DNA of 28,828 nt from a virus (Duplodnaviria > Caudoviricetes). The notes beneath the pieces are model-generated. The model was given only the letters and a program-made list of their open reading frames with translations, made no database searches and was not told where the DNA came from. Below are positions 1 to 7,901 of the stretch, one piece after another. The first letter of the stretch is position 1. Each line of letters begins with the position of its first letter. Made by a program: the position numbers and the translations under genes. The stretch is from IMG/VR virus record IMGVR_UViG_3300025066_000115, positions 1 through 28,828 of that record; one strand, written 5' to 3'.

Positions 1-32
1 ATTTATTAGTATCGATAACAATAAATTACATT

Positions 33-131
33 ATGTCAGAAGAAAATGTAGCACCAGAAGCTGTTGAAGAAGCTCCTGCTGTTGAAGCAGAAGAAGTAGC
101 TGAAGAAGCTACAGAAGAATCAGCAGAATAA
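33..131 (+). CDS. Small acidic Glu/Ala-rich peptide (32 aa, MSEENVAPEAVEEAPAVEAEEVAEEATEESAE)
   Basis: Hand-translated ATG..TAA after an A-rich leader. Followed by an intrinsic terminator. Below the ORF-track size cut-off. Confidence 0.6.
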   Translation: MSEENVAPEAVEEAPAVEAEEVAEEATEESAE

Positions 132-156
132 GTAAAGATTGAACTCTTTATTGCAG

Positions 157-185
157 AAAAAGCACCTAGTGATAGGTGCTTTTTT
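157..185. terminator. Bidirectional intrinsic terminator
   Basis: AAAAAGCACCTA-gtga-TAGGTGCTTTTTT hairpin with A and T tracts on either side, between convergent genes. Confidence 0.85.
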
Positions 186-190
186 CTTTG

Positions 191-682
191 TTATTCGTTT
201 TCGATCTCCTTCTGCAAGAGGGCGAGTGCTCGCCACGCGACCTTGGTAGAGTGCCTCATACCATCATCATCCATTGTACCTGCTTGGATGAGGTGTCTCA
301 TGAGTGCATCACCTTCATCTCCCGACTTACTTCTATCCCAGTGCATCTCGGTTCCAGGATTGTGTTGCTCGTTTGCAACAAAGCTAAGATTGGCAACTGC
401 CATTAAAGCATCTGGAAAGTATTTAACTACTCCTCGATACACTGGATGATTCTTACGTTCTTTTGCGTTCATATTATTATTATTTAATTCTGATAACAAT
501 AGATTGGCGGCCTCTTCACGAGTGTTGCCGCGAAATTCCCTTTCACCATCACCCCAATCATCTAGCCTGGTTTTACGTGCCCACGCTACCCATTCACCAG
601 TCGCATAATCTCGGTACAGACCAGAGTCCTTCCTGTTGTTTTTGTGATCTTGGACAGCCTCCATGAGTTCTTTTGCGTTCAT
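191..682 (-). CDS. DUF5664-like (dATP/dGTP diphosphohydrolase N-terminal domain) protein, with an in-frame 70-aa N-terminal module; internal start at 472
   Basis: The C-terminal 93 aa carry YFPDALMAVANLS..NEQHNPG..MHWDRSKS.DE.DALMRHL....DDDGMRH.TKVAWRALALLQ, typical of this phage family. MNAKE occurs twice. Confidence 0.75.
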   Translation of the reverse strand: MNAKELMEAVQDHKNNRKDSGLYRDYATGEWVAWARKTRLDDWGDGEREFRGNTREEAANLLLSELNNNNMNAKERKNHPVYRGVVKYFPDALMAVANLSFVANEQHNPGTEMHWDRSKSGDEGDALMRHLIQAGTMDDDGMRHSTKVAWRALALLQKEIENE

Positions 683-688
683 ATTATT
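457..688. repeat. 22-bp perfect direct repeat pair (457-478, 667-688)
   Basis: GTTCTTTTGCGTTCATATTATT twice, 210 bp apart. On the minus strand it is leader + MNAKE. Confidence 0.9.
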
Positions 689-971
689 TAAATGTTATAT
701 ACTCTGTCTCCTTGCACTTAGCAACACCAGACTCCTGCTCATCGAGCTTCTTGATGTCAATATCCTCTAGTGCCTCTGTTAAGTCTGATGAGTACTTCCA
801 GCTGGTCTTTCGTACGCACTTTGTGAATTGCCCGTAAGGACGTACCACGTGCTTCTCGCCCGCCTTAAGAATTTCATCAAGCACTTCTGCCTTCAGGGCT
901 TTTTCTGCTACCTCAAGCTCCTTGATCTGTTTCTTTATGTTTGCGTATGCTTCTAGTTTTTCCTCGTTCAT
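684..971 (-). CDS. Hypothetical phage protein with N-terminal coiled coil
   Basis: 95-aa ORF tightly packed in the leftward operon. Confidence 0.75.
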   Translation of the reverse strand: MNEEKLEAYANIKKQIKELEVAEKALKAEVLDEILKAGEKHVVRPYGQFTKCVRKTSWKYSSDLTEALEDIDIKKLDEQESGVAKCKETEYITFK

Positions 972-973
972 GG

Positions 974-1117
974 TTATTTTTTCTTATTTGATAATTTCTC
1001 CTTTTCCCATCTTTTATTTACCATGTCGCGGTAAAACGACTTCGGGCGTGGGTTCTTCCGATGATTCTCTTTAGCCATTCGGCTGAAATATTCACTTATT
1101 TGTTTTTTGCTTGCCAT
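974..1117 (-). CDS. Small basic protein (47 aa, MASKKQISEYFSRMAKENHRKNPRPKSFYRDMVNKRWEKEKLSNKKK)
   Basis: Hand-translated. Fills the gap between neighbours, and its stop lies 2 nt before the next ATG. Confidence 0.6.
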   Translation of the reverse strand: MASKKQISEYFSRMAKENHRKNPRPKSFYRDMVNKRWEKEKLSNKKK

Positions 1118-1737
1118 TCTGTATAGTCGTTAGATATTGCGTGCGCAACCTCAATAATCTCCTCCTTCATCTTGTCTATTTCCCATTGTTCTATGTTGCG
1201 TTTGAATGTTTCAACTCTTCCCGTTAGGGCAAGATTTTTTGTCTTACCTTTCAGGATGTGACCATCGAACTCTCGCGTCTCGTACTGGAATGCAGTCTCG
1301 AACCACTGGAGTGTTGTCTCTGGATGAACAGAGCCATGCTTCAGCTGGACTAGCAGTGAGTAGAATACCAACTGCTTGTGCTTCCGTACCTTGAGCTTGT
1401 TCCAGGGCACTTTGCCGTCCTTGGTTAAGTGACCTGTTTTTATCTCCACAATACTGTTGTCCTTGGGATTAAACCCATCTAAATACCCTAACAATTTCAA
1501 GCCATCATCTAACTCCACATCAACTCGATACTCCGGCTTTTCATATTTAACAATGCCATCAGGAGCATCGCCAACCTCAAGTTTATCGGCGATACATTTC
1601 CCGAAGATAGTTTCCGCTGTCTGAAAGGGCTTTTCGTTGAGATAGTATCTCTTACGATAGCTTACTTTGCTAGCGTTCCACATGGAAAACGCACTGTACG
1701 ACAAATAGGGTTTTGGGAGATTATAGTTTTGTTTCAT
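1096..1737 (-). CDS. PD-(D/E)XK superfamily (RecB/Cas4-like) exonuclease
   Basis: YLSYS N-terminal motif, E..V, GYLD, IVEIKTG and QLVFY motifs. Confidence 0.85.
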   Translation of the reverse strand: MKQNYNLPKPYLSYSAFSMWNASKVSYRKRYYLNEKPFQTAETIFGKCIADKLEVGDAPDGIVKYEKPEYRVDVELDDGLKLLGYLDGFNPKDNSIVEIKTGHLTKDGKVPWNKLKVRKHKQLVFYSLLVQLKHGSVHPETTLQWFETAFQYETREFDGHILKGKTKNLALTGRVETFKRNIEQWEIDKMKEEIIEVAHAISNDYTEWQAKNK

Positions 1738-2164
1738 GTTTCATTCTATGGTTATACTGACTCAGTGCTCTTTCAACTGTATGACCTCTCACAAGTCTCT
1801 TTCGTATTGTGCTTTCGTTAACTCCCAACTCCTCCGCCCACTCACACCTTTTCTTAGTTACTCCGTTGTGTGTGATGAACACTGTTCGCCGTTGGTTTCT
1901 TTGTTGGGTTTTCTTATTAGCCCAGCGACAGTTTTTTGGTTCGTAATTTCCATTCACGTCTATTCTATCTAATTCATAGTCAGGTGCTGGCTTTTCTCCC
2001 ATATCAGCAAAGAAAACATCATAACTGTCCCATCTATCACAAACACGAATACCTCTAGCGCCATAGTATTTATACAGGTGTCCAGCTTTATAAGTACAAC
2101 GCTGGCGCATATTCCTCCATGCGTTGTATTCTGGAATTTTTGTGTCGTGTTTTGGTTTAGTCAT
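1721..2164 (-). CDS. HNH-type free-standing (homing) endonuclease
   Basis: WRNMRQRC..YGARGIRVCDRW..F.ADMGEKP...LDRIDVNGNYEPKNCRWA, plus a C-terminal HTH-like segment (EWAEELGVNESTIRKRL). Confidence 0.85.
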   Translation of the reverse strand: MTKPKHDTKIPEYNAWRNMRQRCTYKAGHLYKYYGARGIRVCDRWDSYDVFFADMGEKPAPDYELDRIDVNGNYEPKNCRWANKKTQQRNQRRTVFITHNGVTKKRCEWAEELGVNESTIRKRLVRGHTVERALSQYNHRMKHETKL

Positions 2165-2283
2165 TATTCTTGTATTGGTTCTTCCACTTGTTCTGGTTGT
2201 GGTTCTTCTACGTCTGCTTCTATTGATTCTTCTCTTAGCTGTGCTAACTCCTCTAGCACCTCTGTTGGTGATTTTATATACAT
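2164..2283 (-). CDS. Small acidic protein (39 aa, MYIKSPTEVLEELAQLREESIEADVEEPQPEQVEEPIQE)
   Basis: Hand-translated. TAATG overlap with the HNH start. Confidence 0.6.
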   Translation of the reverse strand: MYIKSPTEVLEELAQLREESIEADVEEPQPEQVEEPIQE

Positions 2284-2284
2284 A

Positions 2285-2389
2285 TTATTGGTTGTTACTC
2301 CATACTATAAGCATAATTAATAGTGCTAGTAAAAATCCTGCCAATCCCGATTCAAGTGCGACTATTAATACTTGTCCTTCTGTTATCAT
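2285..2389 (-). CDS. Small single-pass membrane peptide (34 aa, MITEGQVLIVALESGLAGFLLALLIMLIVWSNNQ)
   Basis: Hand-translated. First gene after the leftward promoter, with a hydrophobic stretch. Confidence 0.55.
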   Translation of the reverse strand: MITEGQVLIVALESGLAGFLLALLIMLIVWSNNQ

Positions 2390-2421
2390 ATTATTTTCTG
2401 TGTTATTTGTTATTAATATGG

Positions 2422-2508
2422 GTTATCCCCATATGTGAATATTAGCATAATGTATACACAACGCAAGTAGAGTTATCCACTTGACAATATCCCTGTTTAA
2501 GATACACT
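2422..2508. promoter_or_regulatory. Divergent sigma70-type promoters with DnaA-box-like sites
   Basis: Rightward: TTGACA(2481)-N16-TACACT(2503). Leftward: TTGCGT-N16-TAATAT. GTTATCCAC at 2472-2480 and GTTATCCCC near 2422. Confidence 0.65.
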
Positions 2509-2554
2509 TTTAATGTGGGTGAATAACCCTCATTAATAACTAACGAAATACAAC

Positions 2555-3058
2555 ATGACAGACGCAAATTTCGACAATTACAAAGAGCAATCGCTAACAA
2601 GACCAAGGGACGAGGCCTGGGGAAACTGGAAGTCTTGGAAGGGATCAGAGGTTGGAGATAAAGTACAGGGATACATCGCTGATGCTTTCTACCGACCAGA
2701 AGAGGATGATTTCTCAGAGCAACGAGGTATCACTATCAAGCAACTTGATGGAGAGCTTATCAACGTAGGCGTGAAGTTCCTACCATTCGTACTATCTGCA
2801 ACAGATAACTTGCGAGTAGGAGACCCACTTACTATTGAGCTTACAGAGATCAAAGATCCTGTATCAAAGGGTAAGAATGGAGCAAAGATCTTCACTTACT
2901 ATGGAGAGAACATCTCAGCAAGTGAGGGTGGTAAAACTGTTAAGGAATTAACAGACGCTGACAAGGCAGACGGAGGTTCACAAGAGCCAGAGGACGACTT
3001 CTTTAAAGATGAAGAAGCGCCTGCTGAAGAAACAAAGTCAGAGGAAGAGGCGTTTTAA
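2555..3058 (+). CDS. Probable single-stranded DNA-binding protein
   Basis: Beta-rich core compatible with an OB fold, and a long acidic tail ending in Phe (EDDFFKDEEAPAEETKSEEEAF). Own promoter and terminator, in the replication region. Confidence 0.6.
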   Translation: MTDANFDNYKEQSLTRPRDEAWGNWKSWKGSEVGDKVQGYIADAFYRPEEDDFSEQRGITIKQLDGELINVGVKFLPFVLSATDNLRVGDPLTIELTEIKDPVSKGKNGAKIFTYYGENISASEGGKTVKELTDADKADGGSQEPEDDFFKDEEAPAEETKSEEEAF

Positions 3059-3078
3059 GAAACGGTTTTCACTTGGTG

Positions 3079-3107
3079 AAAAAAGCACCTGTTACGGGTG
3101 CTTTTTT
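3079..3107. terminator. Bidirectional intrinsic terminator
   Basis: AAAAAAGCACC-tgttacg-GGTGCTTTTTT between convergent genes. Same stem as 157-185. Confidence 0.85.
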
Positions 3108-3549
3108 ATTGTCTCTGACATTTGTCACTACAATACTTTTGCTTGTACATGGGTATATGTTTACCGCACGTTTGACATATCTTATATGATATAACGGAGG
3201 CGATCTTTCTCGCCCTTTCGTACTTGAGGGATTTAGTCGTCTCCTTGCACCAGTCGTCAATGTCTATAAGGAAGAAGTCCTCCTTTCCATAATACTTCAC
3301 AACTACATAGGCGGGTTGCTCCGTCATACACCAACAGTCAGCAGGGTTGGTGAATCCTGCGTCTGGCATCTTGTGTACTGCTGTACCATGCTTCACTGCC
3401 AGTAGCCAGTCCTTCTGGTGTTCCTCAAGTCGTGACATAAGCAGTTTGTCTGTGACAGCCACCTTTAACTCATAAAGCCCCGTCTCCTTGTGGACGTTAC
3501 GTAGCCAACTATTAAAGTATGTTTGGAACTCAGCCTCTCTCTTGTGCAT
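3106..3549 (-). CDS. Putative Holliday junction resolvase-like (RecU/Hjc-type PD-(D/E)XK) nuclease with C-terminal zinc ribbon
   Basis: EAEFQ, YELK, LEEHQ..WL and HKMPD...PADC motifs, and C-terminal CQTC..YCSDKC. The ATG at 3549 is preferred over the track start at 3561. Confidence 0.55.
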   Translation of the reverse strand: MHKREAEFQTYFNSWLRNVHKETGLYELKVAVTDKLLMSRLEEHQKDWLLAVKHGTAVHKMPDAGFTNPADCWCMTEQPAYVVVKYYGKEDFFLIDIDDWCKETTKSLKYERARKIASVISYKICQTCGKHIPMYKQKYCSDKCQRQ

Positions 3550-4771
3550 ATATCTTTTCACTAAAGTCTACCTTATTATTAATACTCTTATTTACTGCTT
3601 CGTCAACCCCACCCTTAGTCACCAGTGTTATGTACAAGTTCTTCTTCAGGGCGTTGGCACGCAAGACACGCCCCTCTGCCTGTATCCTATCAACAACAGA
3701 GTAGGACATAGAGGCGAATACTACAACAGGGAAGCTGGGCAACTCGTACCCTGCACTAATCTGCGACTGTATAATGATAATACATTCATCAGAAGCCTCT
3801 GCGTCCTTTAGAACATTCTCTCTGTCCTTTGTACTTCCTTGCAGTGTGAGTACCTTATAGTCCTTTAATGCGTCCTTGATCTTCTCAATCTGCTGTGTGT
3901 ATTTAGTAAATATCACCATCTTCGGGAACTCCAGGGCAAAATCTAGTATTGCCTCTGTCTTGAGGTCACAAATTGTGACATCAGGTGAGAAATCATCACC
4001 CTTAAGGACACCATTCTCAATCTGATGTCTCTTACCAGTCAACACAAGAGGGTCAGGGAACTCTAGGGCAATATCCTTGATAGCCTTCTTCTGATCAGCC
4101 GTCTGCTCTACCTTATGTTCACGATATGTCTGTTCTGGCACATCAAAGTAATCATCAAGGCGACCTGTGTATCCGAGCTTCTGTACCACCTTACCTAACC
4201 TCTCCTTGGTGTACGGGTCATTCTTCGGAATCCAGAACTCGCGGTAGCCTTTCTTTACAGGAAAGTAGAAAGCGTCACGGAACTCGTAGAAGTTCCACTT
4301 GCGACCGAGCATTGCACCAAGTCCATAGACTGTCATAGGTGAGCGTATAGGAGTGGCTGTGGCGAGGTACAGTCGCTTAGGAGGGAACTCTTGTATATAT
4401 TCCATGAACTTCTCATAGATTTTAGAACACTTAGGCACGGGCTTACGCTTAACAGTCCGCATGTCTGGTGTTACACCAGCGAGGACGTGTGCCTCGTCAC
4501 CTATGATAGTGTCGTAGTGAATGCGTGGAAACTTATCAAGTCTGAAGTCCTCCTTACTTATCACTGTGAGTGACACATTAGTGACACCTGACTTGTCGAG
4601 ATTGTTTTCCCATACACGATCATCACGAACTGTCTTGGGAGCGATGACCAGTGTCTTGCCAACAGCGAGATGTAGTGCTGTAAAAGTTTTACCAGCGCCA
4701 GTTCCTAGTGCGAGAAGACACTTGTCCATGTCGTCATCGACAATAGTTTGTTGGTGGTTGTAAAGTTGCAT
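3530..4771 (-). CDS. Superfamily 2 (SNF2-like/DEAH) helicase
   Basis: LYNHQ Q motif, GTGAGKT, DEAH, TATP, SAGYEL and QAEGRVLR. Confidence 0.92.
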   Translation of the reverse strand: MQLYNHQQTIVDDDMDKCLLALGTGAGKTFTALHLAVGKTLVIAPKTVRDDRVWENNLDKSGVTNVSLTVISKEDFRLDKFPRIHYDTIIGDEAHVLAGVTPDMRTVKRKPVPKCSKIYEKFMEYIQEFPPKRLYLATATPIRSPMTVYGLGAMLGRKWNFYEFRDAFYFPVKKGYREFWIPKNDPYTKERLGKVVQKLGYTGRLDDYFDVPEQTYREHKVEQTADQKKAIKDIALEFPDPLVLTGKRHQIENGVLKGDDFSPDVTICDLKTEAILDFALEFPKMVIFTKYTQQIEKIKDALKDYKVLTLQGSTKDRENVLKDAEASDECIIIIQSQISAGYELPSFPVVVFASMSYSVVDRIQAEGRVLRANALKKNLYITLVTKGGVDEAVNKSINNKVDFSEKIYAQERG

Positions 4772-4798
4772 GTGTTTATCCTATCATACTTACGCCAG

Positions 4799-4846
4799 GT
4801 TATCCACAGGTTGCCATTTGGCAGATGTGGAAAGTCAGAGTATAAT
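4799..4846. promoter_or_regulatory. Perfect DnaA box in a divergent promoter region
   Basis: TTATCCACA at 4800-4808. Rightward TTGGCA(4818)-N17-TATAAT(4841). A TATGAT -10 on the minus strand precedes the helicase. Confidence 0.6.
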
Positions 4847-4876
4847 TATTGGTATGCAAATATCACATTCTTTACA

Positions 4877-4950
4877 TATTATTAATAGTAAGCGGATACC
4901 AATGCCTTTGTGTGAGGCGAGCAGTTGGTATTCGCTTTTTGTTAATAATA
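4877..4950 (+). promoter_or_regulatory. Long RNA hairpin directly upstream of the HNH-AP2 start codon
   Basis: TATTATTAATAG/TTGTTAATAATA and AAGCGGATACCAA/TTGGTATTCGCTT arms with G-U pairs, and an inner GCCTT/GAGGC stem. Confidence 0.65.
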
Positions 4951-4955
4951 GAATC

Positions 4956-5435
4956 ATGGAAATAGAACTAACACAGGGGAGGGTGGCAATAGTAGATAAA
5001 GAAGATTATGAATTGGTTAATAAATATAAGTGGCATTATAGAAAATCGGGGAGGACTAATGGAAAGAATGGATATGCTCAACACAGTTTATCGAGAGATA
5101 AAAGCTTATTCATGCACAACCTTATAATGAAACCTAAGGGTGACGTGGTCGTAGATCATATCAATCATGATGGATTAGATAATCGTAGAGAAAATCTAAG
5201 AGTGGTTACTAAGAGTCAGAACGCACATAATGTTGTTAGGAAGAATAAGAGCGGTTATCGCGGTGTTTCTTATTTTGAGAGACTAAAGAATACGAAACCA
5301 TACGAGGCGCGCATAAGAGTTGACAACAAACTTCTCTCACTCGGAACATATAAGACGGCTATCGAGGCGGCGAAAGTATATAATGAGCGCGCTAAAGAAG
5401 AATTTGGAGATTGTGCAATACTAAACAAAATATGA
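4956..5435 (+). CDS. HNH endonuclease with C-terminal AP2 domain
   Basis: IELTQGRVAIVDKEDY, MHNLIM, VDHINHDGLDNRRENLR and SGYRGVS..YEARI..LGTYKT..EAAKVYN...FG. ATG 4956 chosen; an in-frame ATG also lies at 4854. Confidence 0.9.
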   Translation: MEIELTQGRVAIVDKEDYELVNKYKWHYRKSGRTNGKNGYAQHSLSRDKSLFMHNLIMKPKGDVVVDHINHDGLDNRRENLRVVTKSQNAHNVVRKNKSGYRGVSYFERLKNTKPYEARIRVDNKLLSLGTYKTAIEAAKVYNERAKEEFGDCAILNKI

Positions 5436-6352
5436 ATTTACCAGATCACATAAAACAATTCTTTGCAGAAAGGAAAATAAGCGAAAAGACTTTAGAGGAT
5501 TTTGGTATTAGTTGGGACGGCAATCGAATTGTGTATCCTGTGCGAAATCTCGAAGGTAAAACAATATTTTGTAATTATCGAAGAGATCCTGTGTCTGAAA
5601 TGGATCCTAAGTATATGTATGACAAGGGCGCTAGTGTCTCTTTATATGGTGCTGATAAGATAAAAGACGAAAGCACTGTCGTTATCTGTGAGGGACAAAA
5701 TGACGCTCTTGTATGTTGGTCAAACGGTATTCCAGCAGTGACTAGCACTGGCGGTGCGTTGTCGTTCCAAGAGGATTGGGCTGAGCTACTAAATGATAAG
5801 GAGGTGTTGGTTGCAATGGACGATGACAAGGCAGGTGCGCAGGGTACAGTTAAGATACTTAACTATTTACCTCGGGCTAAAGTTGTCCTATTTCCTATAC
5901 CTAATGATAGTGAGATTAACGACATCTCCGATATGGTTATTCACGGAGGAGATTTGCATGAGCTTATGAAAACAGCACGTTGCTTTGAGGATATTGAGGA
6001 GGTAACGGAGGATATGCACAGGCGTATTGCTATTTTTCAGTCTGTACACTTTCATGAGGCATACCTCAAGGAGCATACTAAGATAGCACCTGTGGACACA
6101 AAGCGCAAGACGTTCTCCTCTGACGCGGTTACTAACGCTAAGGAGTATCCACTTACTAATCTATTGGAGTTTAGAAACAATAAAATGAATTGCCCTTGGC
6201 ATAACGATACTAACGCCTCTCTTACTTACTATCCTAAGAGTAACAATTGCTATTGCTTTGGTTGCTCCAAGGTTGTGGATAGTATAGAGGCATACATGCA
6301 CCTGCATGGCGTGTCGTTTAGTGAGGCAGTTAAGGAGATAAATAAATTATGA
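5432..6352 (+). CDS. DNA primase: TOPRIM domain plus C-terminal CHC2 zinc finger
   Basis: PKY, VICEGQNDAL, AMDDDKAG and DISD motifs, then CPWHND.NASL......CYCFGC near the C-terminus. ATGA overlaps at both ends. Confidence 0.88.
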   Translation: MNLPDHIKQFFAERKISEKTLEDFGISWDGNRIVYPVRNLEGKTIFCNYRRDPVSEMDPKYMYDKGASVSLYGADKIKDESTVVICEGQNDALVCWSNGIPAVTSTGGALSFQEDWAELLNDKEVLVAMDDDKAGAQGTVKILNYLPRAKVVLFPIPNDSEINDISDMVIHGGDLHELMKTARCFEDIEEVTEDMHRRIAIFQSVHFHEAYLKEHTKIAPVDTKRKTFSSDAVTNAKEYPLTNLLEFRNNKMNCPWHNDTNASLTYYPKSNNCYCFGCSKVVDSIEAYMHLHGVSFSEAVKEINKL

Positions 6353-7581
6353 CACTACCAGACATCAAAAAAGAAATACAGAAGTACCAGTACTTTGACG
6401 ACACATCAGTCATCGACTTCTCCGTTGCCACTGTCATCGCCAACAGGCTTAAACTAACCGACCCTGTCTGGGCAGTTGTTATCGGTGCGTCTTCTGGTGG
6501 TAAGTCGCAAATCCTACGACCCATTGCAGAAGCCAACAAAGATTTTATCAAGCGTGTAGATGACCTTACCGAGAACACCCTATTGTCTGGCGCTAAAAGC
6601 AAGGAGGGTAATACATCACTACTTAAGAACAAGGACGGCAGTAACTGGGCGCAAGGTATGCTTGCTATTTCCGACCTTACTGTCCTTATGAGCAAGAGTG
6701 GTGAAAGTCGCGCGACTATCCTGTCACAGTTCCGTATGCTCTTTGACGGCGAGATGACCAAGTATAGTGGTAACCTCACAGAACCATTGAAGTGGTCTGG
6801 CTACTTGGGCGTGATCGCTGGGTCTACACCCTCTATATATGCAACCTTTGAAGAGGTGGCAGACATGGGAGAGCGTTTTATATACTATCGAATGAAAGAG
6901 TTTGACGCTAAGAAGGCTACGCACTTGGCGCTAAATCGTGACATTTTTGGTAAAGAGCTAGACGGGCTGTTGGCTGACCTATATAGAGAATACATTGAGG
7001 AGGTTGTTAAGTCGCATGTTGATGTACACGTTGAGTTAGATGAATCCGTAGTACAGCGCATAATACAGGTGGCTACCTTCGCTGAAACAGTGCGTACAGC
7101 TTCCCACAAGGAATGGAATGGAGATATTGACCGACTGCCTGTGCCTGCCTACCCTATGCGTGTGGCGTTGCAACTAACAGCTATCGCTAAGGCGTTGGCT
7201 ATCATGCGACATGCCGATACCGGGAGTTATGAGCTTGGCGAGCGTGAGTTGGCAATCATTGACTGGACTGGCTACTCGTTGGCTAACGAGGAGAAGCGTG
7301 CCTGTCTGCATATACTAGCAGAGCAAGATTTTGAACACGCCGTCACTACCTCGACTATTGCCGATCGCGTTGGGTTGAAATCCGAGATAATACAAACAAT
7401 ACTCCAGAACCTTTCGGCTGTTGGAGTTGTTGTTCGTGGCGGTGGCGGTGGTATGGACTCGATGTCATGGTCTTTCAAGAATAAAGACGATTATGCGGTT
7501 GTACGGCGTATAGAATCCGTGACAGTGACTGACAATATAGAAAGTCGTGACGCGACTGTTGAAGAAGATGTCGAGTTTTAG
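6349..7581 (+). CDS. MCM-like AAA+ ATPase / putative replicative helicase with C-terminal winged HTH
   Basis: Walker A GASSGGKS, TLLSG, degenerate Walker B LAISDL, IAGSTP sensor 1, ERF arginine finger, PMR sensor 2, and wHTH TTSTIADRVGL...ILQNL. Translationally coupled to the primase. Confidence 0.7.
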   Translation: MTLPDIKKEIQKYQYFDDTSVIDFSVATVIANRLKLTDPVWAVVIGASSGGKSQILRPIAEANKDFIKRVDDLTENTLLSGAKSKEGNTSLLKNKDGSNWAQGMLAISDLTVLMSKSGESRATILSQFRMLFDGEMTKYSGNLTEPLKWSGYLGVIAGSTPSIYATFEEVADMGERFIYYRMKEFDAKKATHLALNRDIFGKELDGLLADLYREYIEEVVKSHVDVHVELDESVVQRIIQVATFAETVRTASHKEWNGDIDRLPVPAYPMRVALQLTAIAKALAIMRHADTGSYELGERELAIIDWTGYSLANEEKRACLHILAEQDFEHAVTTSTIADRVGLKSEIIQTILQNLSAVGVVVRGGGGGMDSMSWSFKNKDDYAVVRRIESVTVTDNIESRDATVEEDVEF

Positions 7582-7679
7582 TCAAGCAATCTCGATGTAT
7601 AAGGGTTTTCATTATTAAGTGGGGCGTCCATTAGGTCGTCTTTTTGTAGTTTCCTACCCATTCTTTTTTCTCGTTTCAT
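7578..7679 (-). CDS. Small hypothetical protein (33 aa, MKREKRMGRKLQKDDLMDAPLNNENPYTSRLLD)
   Basis: Hand-translated. Last ORF of the leftward string; its stop overlaps the ATPase stop (TTAG). Confidence 0.45.
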   Translation of the reverse strand: MKREKRMGRKLQKDDLMDAPLNNENPYTSRLLD

Positions 7680-7901
7680 ATTACTATCTATTTAATTGTT
7701 GATCGGTCACATTAATACGCCTGATCCAATTGGCGAAATCATTAAAGTCAAAGCCGTTTTCATCTACCTTTCTTCTATATTCATGTGTTTGACTTCTAAA
7801 CTCCGTCAATAGTTCCCATAATAATTCTTTCATTTCACCTAAGTCTCTTTCTGATGGTTGTGTTGTGTGTTTCATATTACTATTTATTTAATTGTTAATC
7901 G
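7673..7901. repeat. 33-bp direct repeat pair (7673-7705, 7869-7901; 31/33 identical)
   Basis: GTTTCATATTACTAT[C/T]TATTTAATTGTT[G/A]ATCG, bracketing the 7684-7875 gene. Confidence 0.88.
7684..7875 (-). CDS. Hypothetical protein (63 aa)
   Basis: ORF in a tightly packed operon. Confidence 0.7.
   Translation of the reverse strand: MKHTTQPSERDLGEMKELLWELLTEFRSQTHEYRRKVDENGFDFNDFANWIRRINVTDQQLNR

Noticed and set aside
191-472. 2-aminoadenine (Z-genome) pathway
   Set aside because: The DUF5664-like domain is alone. No PurZ, dATPase or phage polymerase is recognisable in the window.
1096-1737. Cas4 as part of a CRISPR system
   Set aside because: It lacks the four-cysteine Fe-S motif and has no cas neighbours. 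It is better read as a stand-alone phage exonuclease.
4770-4853. ORF-track N-terminal extension of the HNH-AP2 gene
   Set aside because: It spans the divergent promoter region, and the recognisable domain begins at 4956.
1721-5435. Group I introns or inteins around the HNH genes
   Set aside because: Both HNH ORFs are free-standing between intact genes, and no split host gene is evident.
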